Below are positions 27,326 to 37,097 of a stretch of 64,000 nucleotides of DNA, one piece after another. Under the pieces are notes generated by a model, which searched no databases, was not told the DNA's origin, and worked only from the letters and a program-made list of their open reading frames with translations. Source of the DNA: a virus; the IMG/VR virus record IMGVR_UViG_3300031417_000382, positions 2,150-66,149 of that record. One strand, 5' to 3'. The translations under genes were made by a program, and so were the position numbers. Each line of letters opens with the position of its first letter. Position 1 is the stretch's first letter.

Positions 27326-28051
27326 TCAAAGCTTCTTCTTTGAAGCCAGGCTTCCTGTCGGTTCAACTTTAAACGTGCGTCCATCGACGAGCGTTCGAAG
27401 CTTGGTTTCACCGGATGGTGAGAGATGTGCAGAGAATGTGTCTAACTCGTCCACGCTCGTGAGGATTGCGGTGAGGTCGTGCGTGTAGATGTGGTCGATA
27501 ATCTGCTCCCAAAGCCCCGCGACTCTCTCCTGTTCGTGGTCACCGAGAGTGCCGATGCCGTCGAAGAGGAAAAGCTTGTGCTGCGAGGAGAGGATAGCGC
27601 TAAGCTGATCCTGTCCTTGGAAGCCGCGGAAGGCCCAGTTAGACAATACCGACTCTGACACAGTCTTTACCTGAGAAGGCGAAACTGTGCCGTGGCCAAC
27701 CATGCGACGAATTACGGCGTAGGCAACAAAGCTCTTGCCCGCCCCGGATTCCCCGGTCAAGAAGAAGCTGCCGGCCGGCTGCTTCTCCAGAGCACTCTTG
27801 ATCTTTGCGATCACCGGCTTCTCAATCAGATTGAGTTTCGCATCACGCCAGCGACCGGTTAGAGCTGAGTCCCACTTTTCGAGATTTGAGATCCGCTCCG
27901 ATCGGCGGCGTCGAATCTCTACCTGAGCAAAGCGCTCATCGATCTCTTTCTGAAAGTCCTTAAAACCATCAAAGTCCGTCTCGTTGTGTCTGACGAAGTT
28001 GAAATCGTCAGTGACGGTGCTAGCGAGGAAATCGTCGTTGTCCTTAGCCAT
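27326..28051 (-). CDS. DnaC/IstB-like AAA+ ATPase (helicase loader)
   Basis: SFFLTGESGAGKS, LFLFDGIG Walker B, ILTS; located downstream of dnaB. Confidence 0.7.
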   Translation of the reverse strand: MAKDNDDFLASTVTDDFNFVRHNETDFDGFKDFQKEIDERFAQVEIRRRRSERISNLEKWDSALTGRWRDAKLNLIEKPVIAKIKSALEKQPAGSFFLTGESGAGKSFVAYAVIRRMVGHGTVSPSQVKTVSESVLSNWAFRGFQGQDQLSAILSSQHKLFLFDGIGTLGDHEQERVAGLWEQIIDHIYTHDLTAILTSVDELDTFSAHLSPSGETKLRTLVDGRTFKVEPTGSLASKKKL

Positions 28052-28485
28052 CAGATACGGCCCCTTCGTCTGGAGGGCACAGCTTTCTTTCCGGCTGGAG
28101 CGAGGCGACCCTGGTCATGCATCTTACCACGAGCATCGAGAACTACTTCACCGAGCATCTGATTGTCTCCGAGAATAGTGTCGAGCACCGTAACGTACTT
28201 CTCTTCTGTCCACTTACCGCTCAAGACGAGTTTAACGTAGAAGCGTTTGAAGTCTCGAAGCTCCCAACCCCAATCCTTCACCGACCCCTTGAAGTATGGC
28301 TCAAGCTTCTTATGGTAGAGATCGCCCTCCTTGAGATGGTCAAGGTAGCGGGAGATAAATCCTGCGGCCTTTTGGGCGTCGGTTAGTTCGATAGCCTCTT
28401 CAGGCTCAAGATTGTCGAACGTGAGCGCCGGCTGCTGCTGGAACAGCGGGTCGTTTTTGATGGATCCTGATTTGCTCTTAGCCAC
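28051..28485 (-). CDS. Hypothetical protein between dnaB and loader
   Basis: Translationally coupled (TGATG) to loader gene. Confidence 0.6.
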   Translation of the reverse strand: MAKSKSGSIKNDPLFQQQPALTFDNLEPEEAIELTDAQKAAGFISRYLDHLKEGDLYHKKLEPYFKGSVKDWGWELRDFKRFYVKLVLSGKWTEEKYVTVLDTILGDNQMLGEVVLDARGKMHDQGRLAPAGKKAVPSRRRGRI

Positions 28486-28500
28486 GGTTCATCTCCTCTC

Positions 28501-29949
28501 TTAGAACTCTAGCTCGTCGTCATCGTCAAAGTCTAGGTCATCATCGTTTGCGTATGAGCTCAAGCTATTGAGATCGTCGTCGGACAACTTAGCTTCGACA
28601 TCCTTACTACGCTGCACCTCTCGGAAGAGTGAGCACTCAAGATTTGAGTGACAGCGGATGGTTTTGCTCGCCTCACCGTTACGGTTCTTCTCAAGCAGAA
28701 TAAGCGTCTGTGGAATCGTATCATCGATCGATTCTTCACGGTGGATTAGCACAACGATGTCAGAGTCCTGAGCGATAGCACCGGACTCACGAATCTGGCT
28801 TAGACGAGGGAGTGCGTTTTCGTCATCCTTGCTTTCTCGGTTAACCTGAACAAGCACCATAATCGGAATACCGAGCTGCTTTGCGAGAAGCTTTGTGTTA
28901 CGAGAGATATCCGCAACTGCTTCCTGACGAGACGAGTACTTCCCGCTTGGAGTAATGAGCTGCAGATAGTCAATGATTGCAAAGTCAAGCCCCTGTGGTG
29001 ACTGTGCAAGCTGTAGAAGACGAGCTCTGATCGAGTCAACGGTGACCTTCGGGTCGATGTCAATCTGGATCTTCATGCTGTCAAGCTCAGTCTTAGCGTC
29101 TTGGAGCGTACGGTTCTCCTCGGGTGAGAGGTTACCTTGCTTCAGAGCGTTAAGTGTGATGCCGGTGCTGGACGCGATCATTCGGTCCTTGATCTCGGCC
29201 TCGCCCATCTCGAGAGAGAAGAACGCAACCGACTTACCGGCCTTAGCAGCGGCCATAGCGCAGTTAACAGCAAACACTGACTTACCGACACCGGTGCGAG
29301 CGCCGACGGTGATGAGCTGACCAGGGAGCCATCCGGTGGTGTACCCGTTGAGGGATGGCAGTAGCGAGGGGACACCCTGTAGTCCTGCTGCGTCGCCGGC
29401 GTTTTCGGCAGCTACACGCTTACGCTCATCAAGAAGAGCGATGTAGCCATCCATGGAGTTTTCCATCTGATAGATGGTTGACTCATCCGAGAGACTAAAG
29501 AGGGCCTCATCGAGTGATTCGCGGAGATTACCGATTACCTCAACCGAGGAAACTCCAGAGTCAGTCTTGAGCAAATCATTCTGTTCACGCAAGGTCATGC
29601 GAATGAACGTTTTAGCGTGCTGCTCGCGCACGATGTTTGCGTAGATCTCCGGGGGCGCTTCGAGAAGCCACTTGGCTCCATCTTTAGCCAGCTTGTAGAG
29701 AGCCGCTACACCTTCCGCTGCCGCAAGATTTCCGTTCGCCTCGAGATTAGCCGCCACGGTCATCGGAGTAATCGGTTGATTAACTCTGTTGACCTCGGTG
29801 ATAGCGTCGAAGATAAGCTGGAACTTGGGGTCAAGGAAGTTTGTCGAGTTGATGAGCTCGAACACTCGGTTCTGGTCTTCTGAATCAGCGAGCAGAACAG
29901 CGATCACGCGCTTCTGTGCCTCTAGATACAGATCCATCTTTGAATCCAT
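28501..29949 (-). CDS. dnaB: Replicative DNA helicase
   Basis: GARTGVGKS, FFSLEM, IIDYLQLI, QVNRE, PRLSQIRESGAIAQDSDIV, KNRNG. Confidence 0.95.
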   Translation of the reverse strand: MDSKMDLYLEAQKRVIAVLLADSEDQNRVFELINSTNFLDPKFQLIFDAITEVNRVNQPITPMTVAANLEANGNLAAAEGVAALYKLAKDGAKWLLEAPPEIYANIVREQHAKTFIRMTLREQNDLLKTDSGVSSVEVIGNLRESLDEALFSLSDESTIYQMENSMDGYIALLDERKRVAAENAGDAAGLQGVPSLLPSLNGYTTGWLPGQLITVGARTGVGKSVFAVNCAMAAAKAGKSVAFFSLEMGEAEIKDRMIASSTGITLNALKQGNLSPEENRTLQDAKTELDSMKIQIDIDPKVTVDSIRARLLQLAQSPQGLDFAIIDYLQLITPSGKYSSRQEAVADISRNTKLLAKQLGIPIMVLVQVNRESKDDENALPRLSQIRESGAIAQDSDIVVLIHREESIDDTIPQTLILLEKNRNGEASKTIRCHSNLECSLFREVQRSKDVEAKLSDDDLNSLSSYANDDDLDFDDDDELEF

Positions 29950-29987
29950 GGTACTCCCTTACAAGTTTGCTGACCTATTCTAACAAG

Positions 29988-30085
29988 AAAGAAGCACCTG
30001 AGCTGAGTACTCAGGTGCTTCTTTGATTAGAGGATAGGAAACTAAAATTGGGGAGAGGTCAAGCCCGAAAGCCCAACCTCTCCCC
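29988..30085 (-). terminator. Tandem terminator hairpins after MoxR gene
   Basis: 10-bp stem 30050-30085 and 15-bp stem AAAGAAGCACCTGAG/CTCAGGTGCTTCTTT 29988-30024. Confidence 0.7.
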
Positions 30086-30128
30086 GTGCAAACTCCCTAT
30101 CGGGGGTCTTCCTTATGGAAGTCTTGTG

Positions 30129-31334
30129 TTACAGAGCCTCAGGCGCTGCTCCTTCGGTGGCCGGCGCCTTCGCGACCGAGCGGTACTTCTGGAGGACGGT
30201 CTTGGAGACAGTACGAGCATCCTCGAGCTCCTTCTTACCGACCACACGAGTCGTCTGGACGATCTTGGTGAGCATGTCGTTGATGTACGCACCGACGAGA
30301 GCCGCACGGTCCTGCTCGGCGACGACCTCGAGCACGTTGAGCACCTGACGCCAGTTCTTGGCATCGATGAGCTCGACGATGGACGGGAACAGGATATTGG
30401 CATCCGAAACACCGATGGTGGTCCAGTCGATGGACTTCGGGTTCTTGATGACATCATGCGGGTTGATGGCGCTGTTCTTCTGGAGCCATGCGCGGAAGGC
30501 GGTGGCGGCCGAACGACCGACAGTACCCGAAGCGATGGTGTCCTGGATCGTGTGAGCGTCATCCTCCGTGTGAGCGAGGATGCGGGACAGGTTGTCCCAC
30601 GAACGACGCGAAGCCCATGCGTAGCGCAGGATCTCAGCCTCGGACGGGTCGTTGTAGTTGACGCCGAGGGCCTCCGGGGTGCCGGTCTCCTCGTTGTTCA
30701 TCTTGGAGAGGTACGTCGGCGAGTCCTTGAGGAAGCGCACGACGAGTCGACGCCAGGTCATCTCAGCCTCGGAGGTCTGCTCTTCCTTGCCCCAGGCGTT
30801 GAGCATGCCGGTGTACCACTCCTCAGCAGTGGTCTTCCACTTGAGGAACACCATACGGTTCGTGGTCGGAGCGTCGAGCTCCCAGCCGTCAGCAGCCTGC
30901 TCGGTCGGGTTCATGGCGCCGACGACGATGGTCTCAGGCGGCATGGTCTCGCCGTTGGGGAACTCACGGTTCTGGAGCATGGTGAGGAGCGAGGCGCGAA
31001 CAGCCGACGAGGTGTTCGAGAACTCGTCGAAGAAGAGGATGACCTTCTTCTTACGCATGATCTTGACCTGCCACCAGGGGGCCAGGTAGACGGTGCCCCA
31101 GACGGGGTTGCCGTCGGCGTCGTCCATGATCTTCTCACCCTTGGGAAGACCGGTCACGTCGGTGGGGTCCATCTGGGAACCGAGGAGCGTGACGAGTTCG
31201 TACTCGATCGAGTCGGCGAAGGCGCGCATCGAGGCGGTCTTACCGACGCCCGGCTCACCGACGATCATGGCGGGGATTCGAGCGGCCATGACGGCGGCGA
31301 TCTCCTGCATAGTGGTGTTGACGTATTCAGCCAT
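30129..31334 (-). CDS. MoxR-like AAA+ ATPase
   Basis: GEPGVGKT, MDPTDVTGLP, LFFDEFSN, IVVGAMNP, LDAPTTNR, SRRSWDNL. Confidence 0.85.
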   Translation of the reverse strand: MAEYVNTTMQEIAAVMAARIPAMIVGEPGVGKTASMRAFADSIEYELVTLLGSQMDPTDVTGLPKGEKIMDDADGNPVWGTVYLAPWWQVKIMRKKKVILFFDEFSNTSSAVRASLLTMLQNREFPNGETMPPETIVVGAMNPTEQAADGWELDAPTTNRMVFLKWKTTAEEWYTGMLNAWGKEEQTSEAEMTWRRLVVRFLKDSPTYLSKMNNEETGTPEALGVNYNDPSEAEILRYAWASRRSWDNLSRILAHTEDDAHTIQDTIASGTVGRSAATAFRAWLQKNSAINPHDVIKNPKSIDWTTIGVSDANILFPSIVELIDAKNWRQVLNVLEVVAEQDRAALVGAYINDMLTKIVQTTRVVGKKELEDARTVSKTVLQKYRSVAKAPATEGAAPEAL

Positions 31335-31526
31335 GAGCTGTATTCCTCCGAGTTGGGGTTGTTTGCGAGACTAACTGTAACACACGGTTTCAAGCAGTGC
31401 AACACGAGAGTCAAAACTTTTTCTAGCCCTCGGAAACTCAACGGTTATCCTGGACCGGATACATAGCTATAGTACCCAAAAGCGTCAAGCTTGCAACCTG
31501 CCAAACCGTAAGTCCCGGTTTGTTTC

Positions 31527-31536
31527 TCGGTACGAT
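31527..31536 (+). promoter_or_regulatory. SigA-type extended -10 (TCGGTACGAT)
   Basis: Upstream of the epimerase-SDR-lhgO operon. Confidence 0.55.
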
Positions 31537-31572
31537 AGCGAGTAAGCACTCCACGCAGAAAAGAGCACAGCA

Positions 31573-32184
31573 ATGCTGACATCGCCGCTTAAGAACTCCA
31601 ACCTTGAGCTTCTTCAGGCTCACGCCGGTGATTACCGCTATCCTCAGGATCTTGAGGCTTCGCACAACGCTGACAACCGCGGTGTTCACTCGAAGTTCTA
31701 CGGTAACGGCCCGGCAAAGATTAAGCTCGCCGAAGATTACCCCATTCACGAAGTCTTCATCACAGTGAACCACAAGGATACGCTTCGTGGTATGCACTTC
31801 CAGAAACCTGGGCAGCCGAAGCTCATCCAGGCTGTTTCCGGAGCCATCATCGGTAACCTACTTTGCGTTGATCCCGATCTTCCGGAGTTCGGTGATGTAG
31901 TTAACTTCTCTCTTGCTGAGGGCGACGGTCGTATTCTGGTTCCTAGCAACTGGGCTCTCGGCTACCGCGCCGTAAGTGAGGAAACCACTCGTATCCTCTA
32001 CCTGGCGTCTGCTGACTTCGCTCCTGGTGGCGACGGCGGTGTCGACCCCTTCGATGAGAAGCTCGATCTCTTCTGGGGCTTCACCGAAGCTGGTCAGAAG
32101 TTCCGTCCCGAAGACGCGAACTTATCAGCCAAGGACCTCGAACTTCCGTCCTTCGCCGAGTTCGCTGATCCGGTCGGCTACTAA
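31573..32184 (+). CDS. NDP-4-keto-6-deoxysugar 3,5-epimerase (RfbC/RmlC cupin)
   Basis: DNRG..S, TLRGMHFQ...QPKLI...SGAI, ILY, DGGVDPFD.KL...WG, LSAKD. Confidence 0.8.
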   Translation: MLTSPLKNSNLELLQAHAGDYRYPQDLEASHNADNRGVHSKFYGNGPAKIKLAEDYPIHEVFITVNHKDTLRGMHFQKPGQPKLIQAVSGAIIGNLLCVDPDLPEFGDVVNFSLAEGDGRILVPSNWALGYRAVSEETTRILYLASADFAPGGDGGVDPFDEKLDLFWGFTEAGQKFRPEDANLSAKDLELPSFAEFADPVGY

Positions 32185-32232
32185 ATAGATATAAGCTATA
32201 GAACACGTAAGCAATCAAGGAGTAAGTAAGCT

Positions 32233-33267
32233 ATGGGTAAAAGAGTAGCAGTTACCGGCGCAGCTGGATACATCGGATCGCGGCTCGTTCCGCACCTAAT
32301 CGAGCGAGGCCACACAGTTGTACCGTTTGACAGTGGTTTCTTCACTGATTGCTACGTGACGGAGGACCTGCGAGAGCAGTCATCTGACTTCATCCAGCGT
32401 GATGTGCGAGAAATGACCGCAGCTGACTTCGTCGGCTTTGACACCGTGATCCACCTTGCCGGGCTTTCCAACGACCCGCTCGGTGACATCAACGCTTCCC
32501 TTACGGAAGACATTAACAGCCGAGGCACCATCAACGTAGCTAAGGCTGCGAAGGAGGCCGGCGTTGGTCACTTCATCTTCGCTTCGTCTTGCTCGGTTTA
32601 CGGTGGTGGCGCCGGTGACCGTGTCCTCAGCGAGCTCGATCCTGCTGATCCTCTTACCCAGTACGCTTCCTCGAAGCTCGATGGTGAGACTTTCCTAGCC
32701 TCTATCGAGGACGAGAACTTCCGCACCACATCGCTTCGTGCAGCTACTGTCTTCGGTTTCGCTCCTCGACTACGTCTTGACCTGGTCATCAACGAGCTTA
32801 CTGCTCAGGCAGTGGTTGGCCGACCGATTACGCTTAACTCACAGGGCAACGCCTGGCGTCCGTTCGTTCACGTGGAGGACCTCTCCTCGGTTTACTCGAC
32901 CGTGCTTGAGGCCGCTCCGGAAGACTTCAATCACACCGTCTACAACGTCGGTACTGAGTCCACCACTTCGACCATCCTCGAAATCGCTAATCTGATTTCG
33001 GACGCAACCGGAGTGGATGTGAAGATTAAGGAGGGCGCTTCGCCTGATTCGCGTAACTACCGTGTCTCGTTCGACCGCTTTACCGAGGACTTCAAGAACT
33101 GGACTCCTAAGTTCGACACTAAGGCCGGCGTCAACGATCTCGTTGAGAACCTCAAGCGTTACTCCTTCGAGGAAGAAGGGCTCGGCGACTCCGCCTTCCG
33201 TCGTCTCCCACGTATCCTTGAGAAGATCGAGGCCGGCCGCCTGAACAACGATCTGTACTGGATCTGA
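32233..33267 (+). CDS. NAD-dependent epimerase/dehydratase (extended SDR)
   Basis: TGAAGYIGS, HLAGLSNDP, FASSCSVYG, YASSK, RLDLVIN, RPFVHVED. Confidence 0.9.
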   Translation: MGKRVAVTGAAGYIGSRLVPHLIERGHTVVPFDSGFFTDCYVTEDLREQSSDFIQRDVREMTAADFVGFDTVIHLAGLSNDPLGDINASLTEDINSRGTINVAKAAKEAGVGHFIFASSCSVYGGGAGDRVLSELDPADPLTQYASSKLDGETFLASIEDENFRTTSLRAATVFGFAPRLRLDLVINELTAQAVVGRPITLNSQGNAWRPFVHVEDLSSVYSTVLEAAPEDFNHTVYNVGTESTTSTILEIANLISDATGVDVKIKEGASPDSRNYRVSFDRFTEDFKNWTPKFDTKAGVNDLVENLKRYSFEEEGLGDSAFRRLPRILEKIEAGRLNNDLYWI

Positions 33268-33269
33268 AG

Positions 33270-34460
33270 ATGGCAGATGTAATCGTTCTCGGAGGCGGAA
33301 TCGTCGGCCTTGCTACGGCTCGGGAGCTTGCTCTCGCGGGCCACTCTGTCCGTGTTCTTGAGAAAGAGGACAGAGTGGCCCGGCATCAGACCGGTCGAAA
33401 CTCCGGAGTGATTCACTCTGGTCTTTACTACGCACCTGGTAGCCAAAAAGCTATCATGGGTGTTGCCGGTCAGAAGTCAATGTTCGCCTACGCTCAAGAG
33501 CGCGGAGTGCTTAACGAACGCACCGGTAAGCTAGTTGTGGCCACTGAGGCTCGCGAACTTTCACAGCTTGACAAGCTTGTTGAACGTGCAAAGCTCAACG
33601 GCGTGCCGGCTCGTAAGATCACCGCCGAAGAGGCAAAAGAGTATGAGCCTCACGTCAACTGTTTAGCTGCGCTTCGAGTAGAATCCACCGGTATTGTCGA
33701 CTACACCGGCGTTTGTGAAGAGTTAGCTAAGGATATCCTAGCTAACTCAGGCGAAATCGTCTTCGGCGTCACCGTAGGTGGAGGCGAAACGAGCTACGGT
33801 AAGGTGAAAGTTCAGACCAATCTCGGTGTTTACACCGCTGACTACATGGTCAACTGCACCGGACTGTATTCGGACAAGATCGCTAAGAGCTTCGGAGTTG
33901 ATCCTGAAGTTCAGATCGTCCCGTTCCGTGGTGAGTACTTTGAGCTTAAGCCTGAGCTTGAGCACCTAGTAAACGGCCTAATCTATCCGGTGCCGGATCC
34001 GCGATTCCCTTTCCTCGGCGTGCACCTCACGAAAATGGTTTCCGGCGGCGTTCACGCAGGGCCTAACGCTGTACTTGCGCTAGCTCGTGAAGGCTACGAT
34101 TGGAAGACTGTAAACACTAAGGAGCTTGCAGAAGCTCTTAAGTGGCCTGGCTTCCAGAAGCTCGCTGCCAAGAACGCTATTCCCGGCTCACAGGAGATCC
34201 TTAGAAGCTTCTCTAAGAAGCTCTTCGCAAAATCGCTCTCAAGACTCGTTCCGGGGATTGAGAAGGATGACTTGATCCCGGCTCCTGCTGGAGTTCGAGC
34301 ACAGGCGCTCAAGCGAGACGGTGGGCTAGTTGACGACTTCTTTATGAAGACCGGAGTTCGCCAGCTGCACGTGCTAAACGCTCCGTCACCGGCCGCAACC
34401 GCCTCACTCGAGATCGGTAAGGCTATTGCTCAGAAGGTGGCCAATGAGCTAACCATCTAA
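33270..34460 (+). CDS. lhgO: L-2-hydroxyglutarate oxidase-family FAD oxidoreductase
   Basis: GGGIVGLA, HQTGRNSGVIHSGLYY, VPDPRFPFLGVHLT, GPNAV, GVRAQA, NAPSPAATASL. Confidence 0.9.
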   Translation: MADVIVLGGGIVGLATARELALAGHSVRVLEKEDRVARHQTGRNSGVIHSGLYYAPGSQKAIMGVAGQKSMFAYAQERGVLNERTGKLVVATEARELSQLDKLVERAKLNGVPARKITAEEAKEYEPHVNCLAALRVESTGIVDYTGVCEELAKDILANSGEIVFGVTVGGGETSYGKVKVQTNLGVYTADYMVNCTGLYSDKIAKSFGVDPEVQIVPFRGEYFELKPELEHLVNGLIYPVPDPRFPFLGVHLTKMVSGGVHAGPNAVLALAREGYDWKTVNTKELAEALKWPGFQKLAAKNAIPGSQEILRSFSKKLFAKSLSRLVPGIEKDDLIPAPAGVRAQALKRDGGLVDDFFMKTGVRQLHVLNAPSPAATASLEIGKAIAQKVANELTI

Positions 34461-34465
34461 AAGCT

Positions 34466-34993
34466 TCACTTCTTGAAGACCACGGAGAGCTTCAGCTTGT
34501 AGACATCGAACACCTTAAAGAGGGTATCCAGATCTACGCTGGGGCTCTTCGGGTCTTCGAGCTCTTTTAGACGGATCGGGCGTACGCCGGCGACAGCAGC
34601 AACCTGACGATGAGTAGCGTTACCTCTCGCTTTCACGAGTACGTCTGCGAGCTCCGTACGACTACGAACCACACGCTGAGACTCGCGCTCGAGCTTTACG
34701 CGTGCGTGACCGATGTGTAGGTTGCCACAGGATGAGGCACACCAGTACCAGTTGCTCGAAGGGTCTTCGCGCAATTTTGTTGGGATCTCGCTCTCGCTGC
34801 GATAGCGACGCTTAAATTGCCAAACACCGTCACGCTCAGTCTTACATTCACGAGGCGCTTCATCCGGAGTCTTTGCCGGCGGCGCCATCTCAGCGCAGCG
34901 ATAAGAGTCATAGAGACCAAGAACAACGATGTTCTCGAGCTTTTTGCCGCAGGCTTTACAGCGCTGGCGTTTTGGGAAAAGTACGTCTGCCAT
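34466..34993 (-). CDS. Zn-ribbon + XRE-type HTH protein
   Basis: CKAC, FKRRY...YWC..CGNLHIGH, C-term HRQVAAVAGVRPIRLKELE...DLDTLFKV. Confidence 0.6.
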   Translation of the reverse strand: MADVLFPKRQRCKACGKKLENIVVLGLYDSYRCAEMAPPAKTPDEAPRECKTERDGVWQFKRRYRSESEIPTKLREDPSSNWYWCASSCGNLHIGHARVKLERESQRVVRSRTELADVLVKARGNATHRQVAAVAGVRPIRLKELEDPKSPSVDLDTLFKVFDVYKLKLSVVFKK

Positions 34994-35611
34994 TCACAGT
35001 CTCCAGTCGTCAAAGTATAAGTCGATAGCCGCCGCGTTCACAGATGTTTCGCCGGCATGAGCGAAGAGATAGCTAAGATCAGTTTCTTCTACCCCATCGA
35101 CACCTGAACGATAGCTCGCAAGCTGCTGATCGCTATTGTCACGCTTAATTCGATCGTATAGATCGGTGATGTGCCATTCCCCATTACGGAACCAGAAAAC
35201 TCCGGTGGGAGGGTTCATCTCAAAGCGCTCGTCCTCCACGAGCCGATTGAAGATCTGCTCCCATGTACTCGGAGCTCCTACGATGAGAGGAGCCAGATAA
35301 TCGGTTCGATCACCTTCGTAAGCCTGATCGCTCGCATCCTCATGATTACTTGAGAGGAACAGCATCTCAGGGCCGATGATGAACAGTGAGGCCCCGAATC
35401 CGTCACCGTAGCGAGATATCTCGTAGTAGCTTCGATCAGAGGCGAAACTATGCTCCGTACCAGGCTCATAAATCTCTGGATGAAGGTAGTAGCTTGGGAT
35501 TTCTCCAGCCGCTACGAGACGCCGGGCTTCTTTGTCTGTCGCTCGAGCCACTTCAACAAGTAAGCGTGAGTTTTGAAGCTTACGAAGACTGGGATTACTG
35601 AATACTGTCAT
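34994..35611 (-). CDS. Hypothetical protein
   Basis: 205-aa ORF coupled to downstream gene; RBS GGAAAGG and TGATATG upstream. Confidence 0.6.
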   Translation of the reverse strand: MTVFSNPSLRKLQNSRLLVEVARATDKEARRLVAAGEIPSYYLHPEIYEPGTEHSFASDRSYYEISRYGDGFGASLFIIGPEMLFLSSNHEDASDQAYEGDRTDYLAPLIVGAPSTWEQIFNRLVEDERFEMNPPTGVFWFRNGEWHITDLYDRIKRDNSDQQLASYRSGVDGVEETDLSYLFAHAGETSVNAAAIDLYFDDWRL

Positions 35612-35744
35612 CTAGGAGGGCACCTTTCCGGAATGACATATCACCCAGCCTAGCTATCCTGTGCTGTTAGCATCACAGATAGACGCTCTCATACAAAACC
35701 GGCGAGCACCCCCGAAAGGGCGCCCGCCGGCTAAGGAGCGAAAA

Positions 35745-36830
35745 TCAGTCCTCTTCGTCACCGTCATCGTTTACTGTACCGCTAGTATCGATGTCAGCGT
35801 CATCCTCTGCAAGACGCTGCTTGAGCAGCTCAGAGAGTCGTTCGAAGAGCTCCGTGTCAGCCTCAAGAGCTGCAACTGCGTCAGCCTTCGACTTAGCGAA
35901 CGGTTCAGCCGCACCAGGCTCTACATAGGTACGGTTGTTCGGCATCTCGATCACACCGAGGCTCGGTCCAACAGTAACGAGCTCAGCCGCACGGTTGATG
36001 CCCTTGTTGAACGTAAGAACGGTCAGACCCTCGCCGAACGGCGGGGCAATCTTGTTCTTCACGATCTTCATTCGGACCTCGTTACCGATGACCTCCTTGC
36101 CTTCCTTCACCTGCTGGCGACGGTTGACCTGGATACGCTGCGAGGCGTAGAACTTCATAGCCTTACCACCGGTGGTGGTCTGTGGCGTACCGGCCGGCGA
36201 GTAACCACCGATAGCGTCACGAGTCTGGTTAATGAAGATCACAGTGGTCTTCGTCTTGTTCGCGGTGCTGATGAGCTTCTTCAGCGAACGCGACATGAGA
36301 CGAGCGACAAGACCGATGGAGCCCTGATCCATGTCACCTTCGAGCTCGAGCTTCGGAACGAGAGCAGCGATAGAGTCAACCACGATCACGTCAACAACTG
36401 CAAGCTCAGCAAGCTGCTGAACGAGCTCAAGAGCCTGCTCAGCGTAATCCGGCTGAGAAACAGCGAGGTTCTCGATGTCCACGCCAAGCTTACGAGCGTA
36501 CTTCGGGTCAAGAGCGTTCTCAAGGTCGATGAACGCCGCGGTGCCACCGGTGCGCTGTACGTTAGCGACAGCGGTAAGAGCGATGGAGGTCTTACCCGAT
36601 GCCTCAGGGCCGAAGATCTCGATTAGACGGCCGACGGGGAGGCCACCACCGAGGATCGAGTCAAGCACCAGCGAACCGGTGGAGATAGTCTGAACGTCGA
36701 GCGGGCGGTCACCGAGCTTAGCAATGATGCTTCCGCTCTCAGAGGATAGAAGCCCCTTAGAGTTGTTGAGGTGCTTGAGTGCGTCGTTGAACGCTTTGAG
36801 CTTAGCCTCGTTCGTCCCTACTGTTGCCAT
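35745..36830 (-). CDS. recA: Recombinase A
   Basis: ISTGSLVLD, GPEASGKT, IDLENALD..YA, SQPDYAEQAL, VVDSIAAL, ARLMS, FINQ, GGKAMKFYAS, KNKIAPPF. Confidence 0.97.
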   Translation of the reverse strand: MATVGTNEAKLKAFNDALKHLNNSKGLLSSESGSIIAKLGDRPLDVQTISTGSLVLDSILGGGLPVGRLIEIFGPEASGKTSIALTAVANVQRTGGTAAFIDLENALDPKYARKLGVDIENLAVSQPDYAEQALELVQQLAELAVVDVIVVDSIAALVPKLELEGDMDQGSIGLVARLMSRSLKKLISTANKTKTTVIFINQTRDAIGGYSPAGTPQTTTGGKAMKFYASQRIQVNRRQQVKEGKEVIGNEVRMKIVKNKIAPPFGEGLTVLTFNKGINRAAELVTVGPSLGVIEMPNNRTYVEPGAAEPFAKSKADAVAALEADTELFERLSELLKQRLAEDDADIDTSGTVNDDGDEED

Positions 36831-36870
36831 TACTTTCCTGCCTTCTTACTTGGGGCGATTAGATGTACTC

Positions 36871-36880
36871 ATTTTACCGA
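36871..36880 (-). promoter_or_regulatory. SigA-type extended -10 (TCGGTAAAAT)
   Basis: 41 nt upstream of recA ATG. Confidence 0.6.
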
Positions 36881-36988
36881 GATAGAACCGCGATCTGACG
36901 GTTTGTCTCACGCTATAGCGTCGATTGCATCGTTGTAAAGCTAGAAGCATAGCTGCGGTCTCATCGGCAAAAGCCCTTAGGCCGTACA

Positions 36989-37097
36989 ACTCGACAGAAC
37001 TGACACCTACAGCGAAAGAGCCTTCTTAAACCTAAAACTAACCCCTCTACTCCCCCGGACTAGTGCGGGAGTTAAGACAGCTAAGCATAGCGCTGTT
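36989..37097. repeat. 109-nt intergenic repeat, copy upstream of recA
   Basis: Gap-free alignment to 62942-63050; last 58 nt 51/58 identical, ACTCRACAGAACTGA and AAGAGCCT at identical offsets. Confidence 0.85.

Noticed and set aside
28501-36830. Inteins in DnaB, RecA or NrdE
   Set aside because: Walker A and catalytic motifs are contiguous and protein lengths are normal.
36885-36896. LexA/SOS box upstream of recA
   Set aside because: GAAC-CGCG-ATCT gives only one half-site of GAAC-N4-GTTC; none seen before sbcC.
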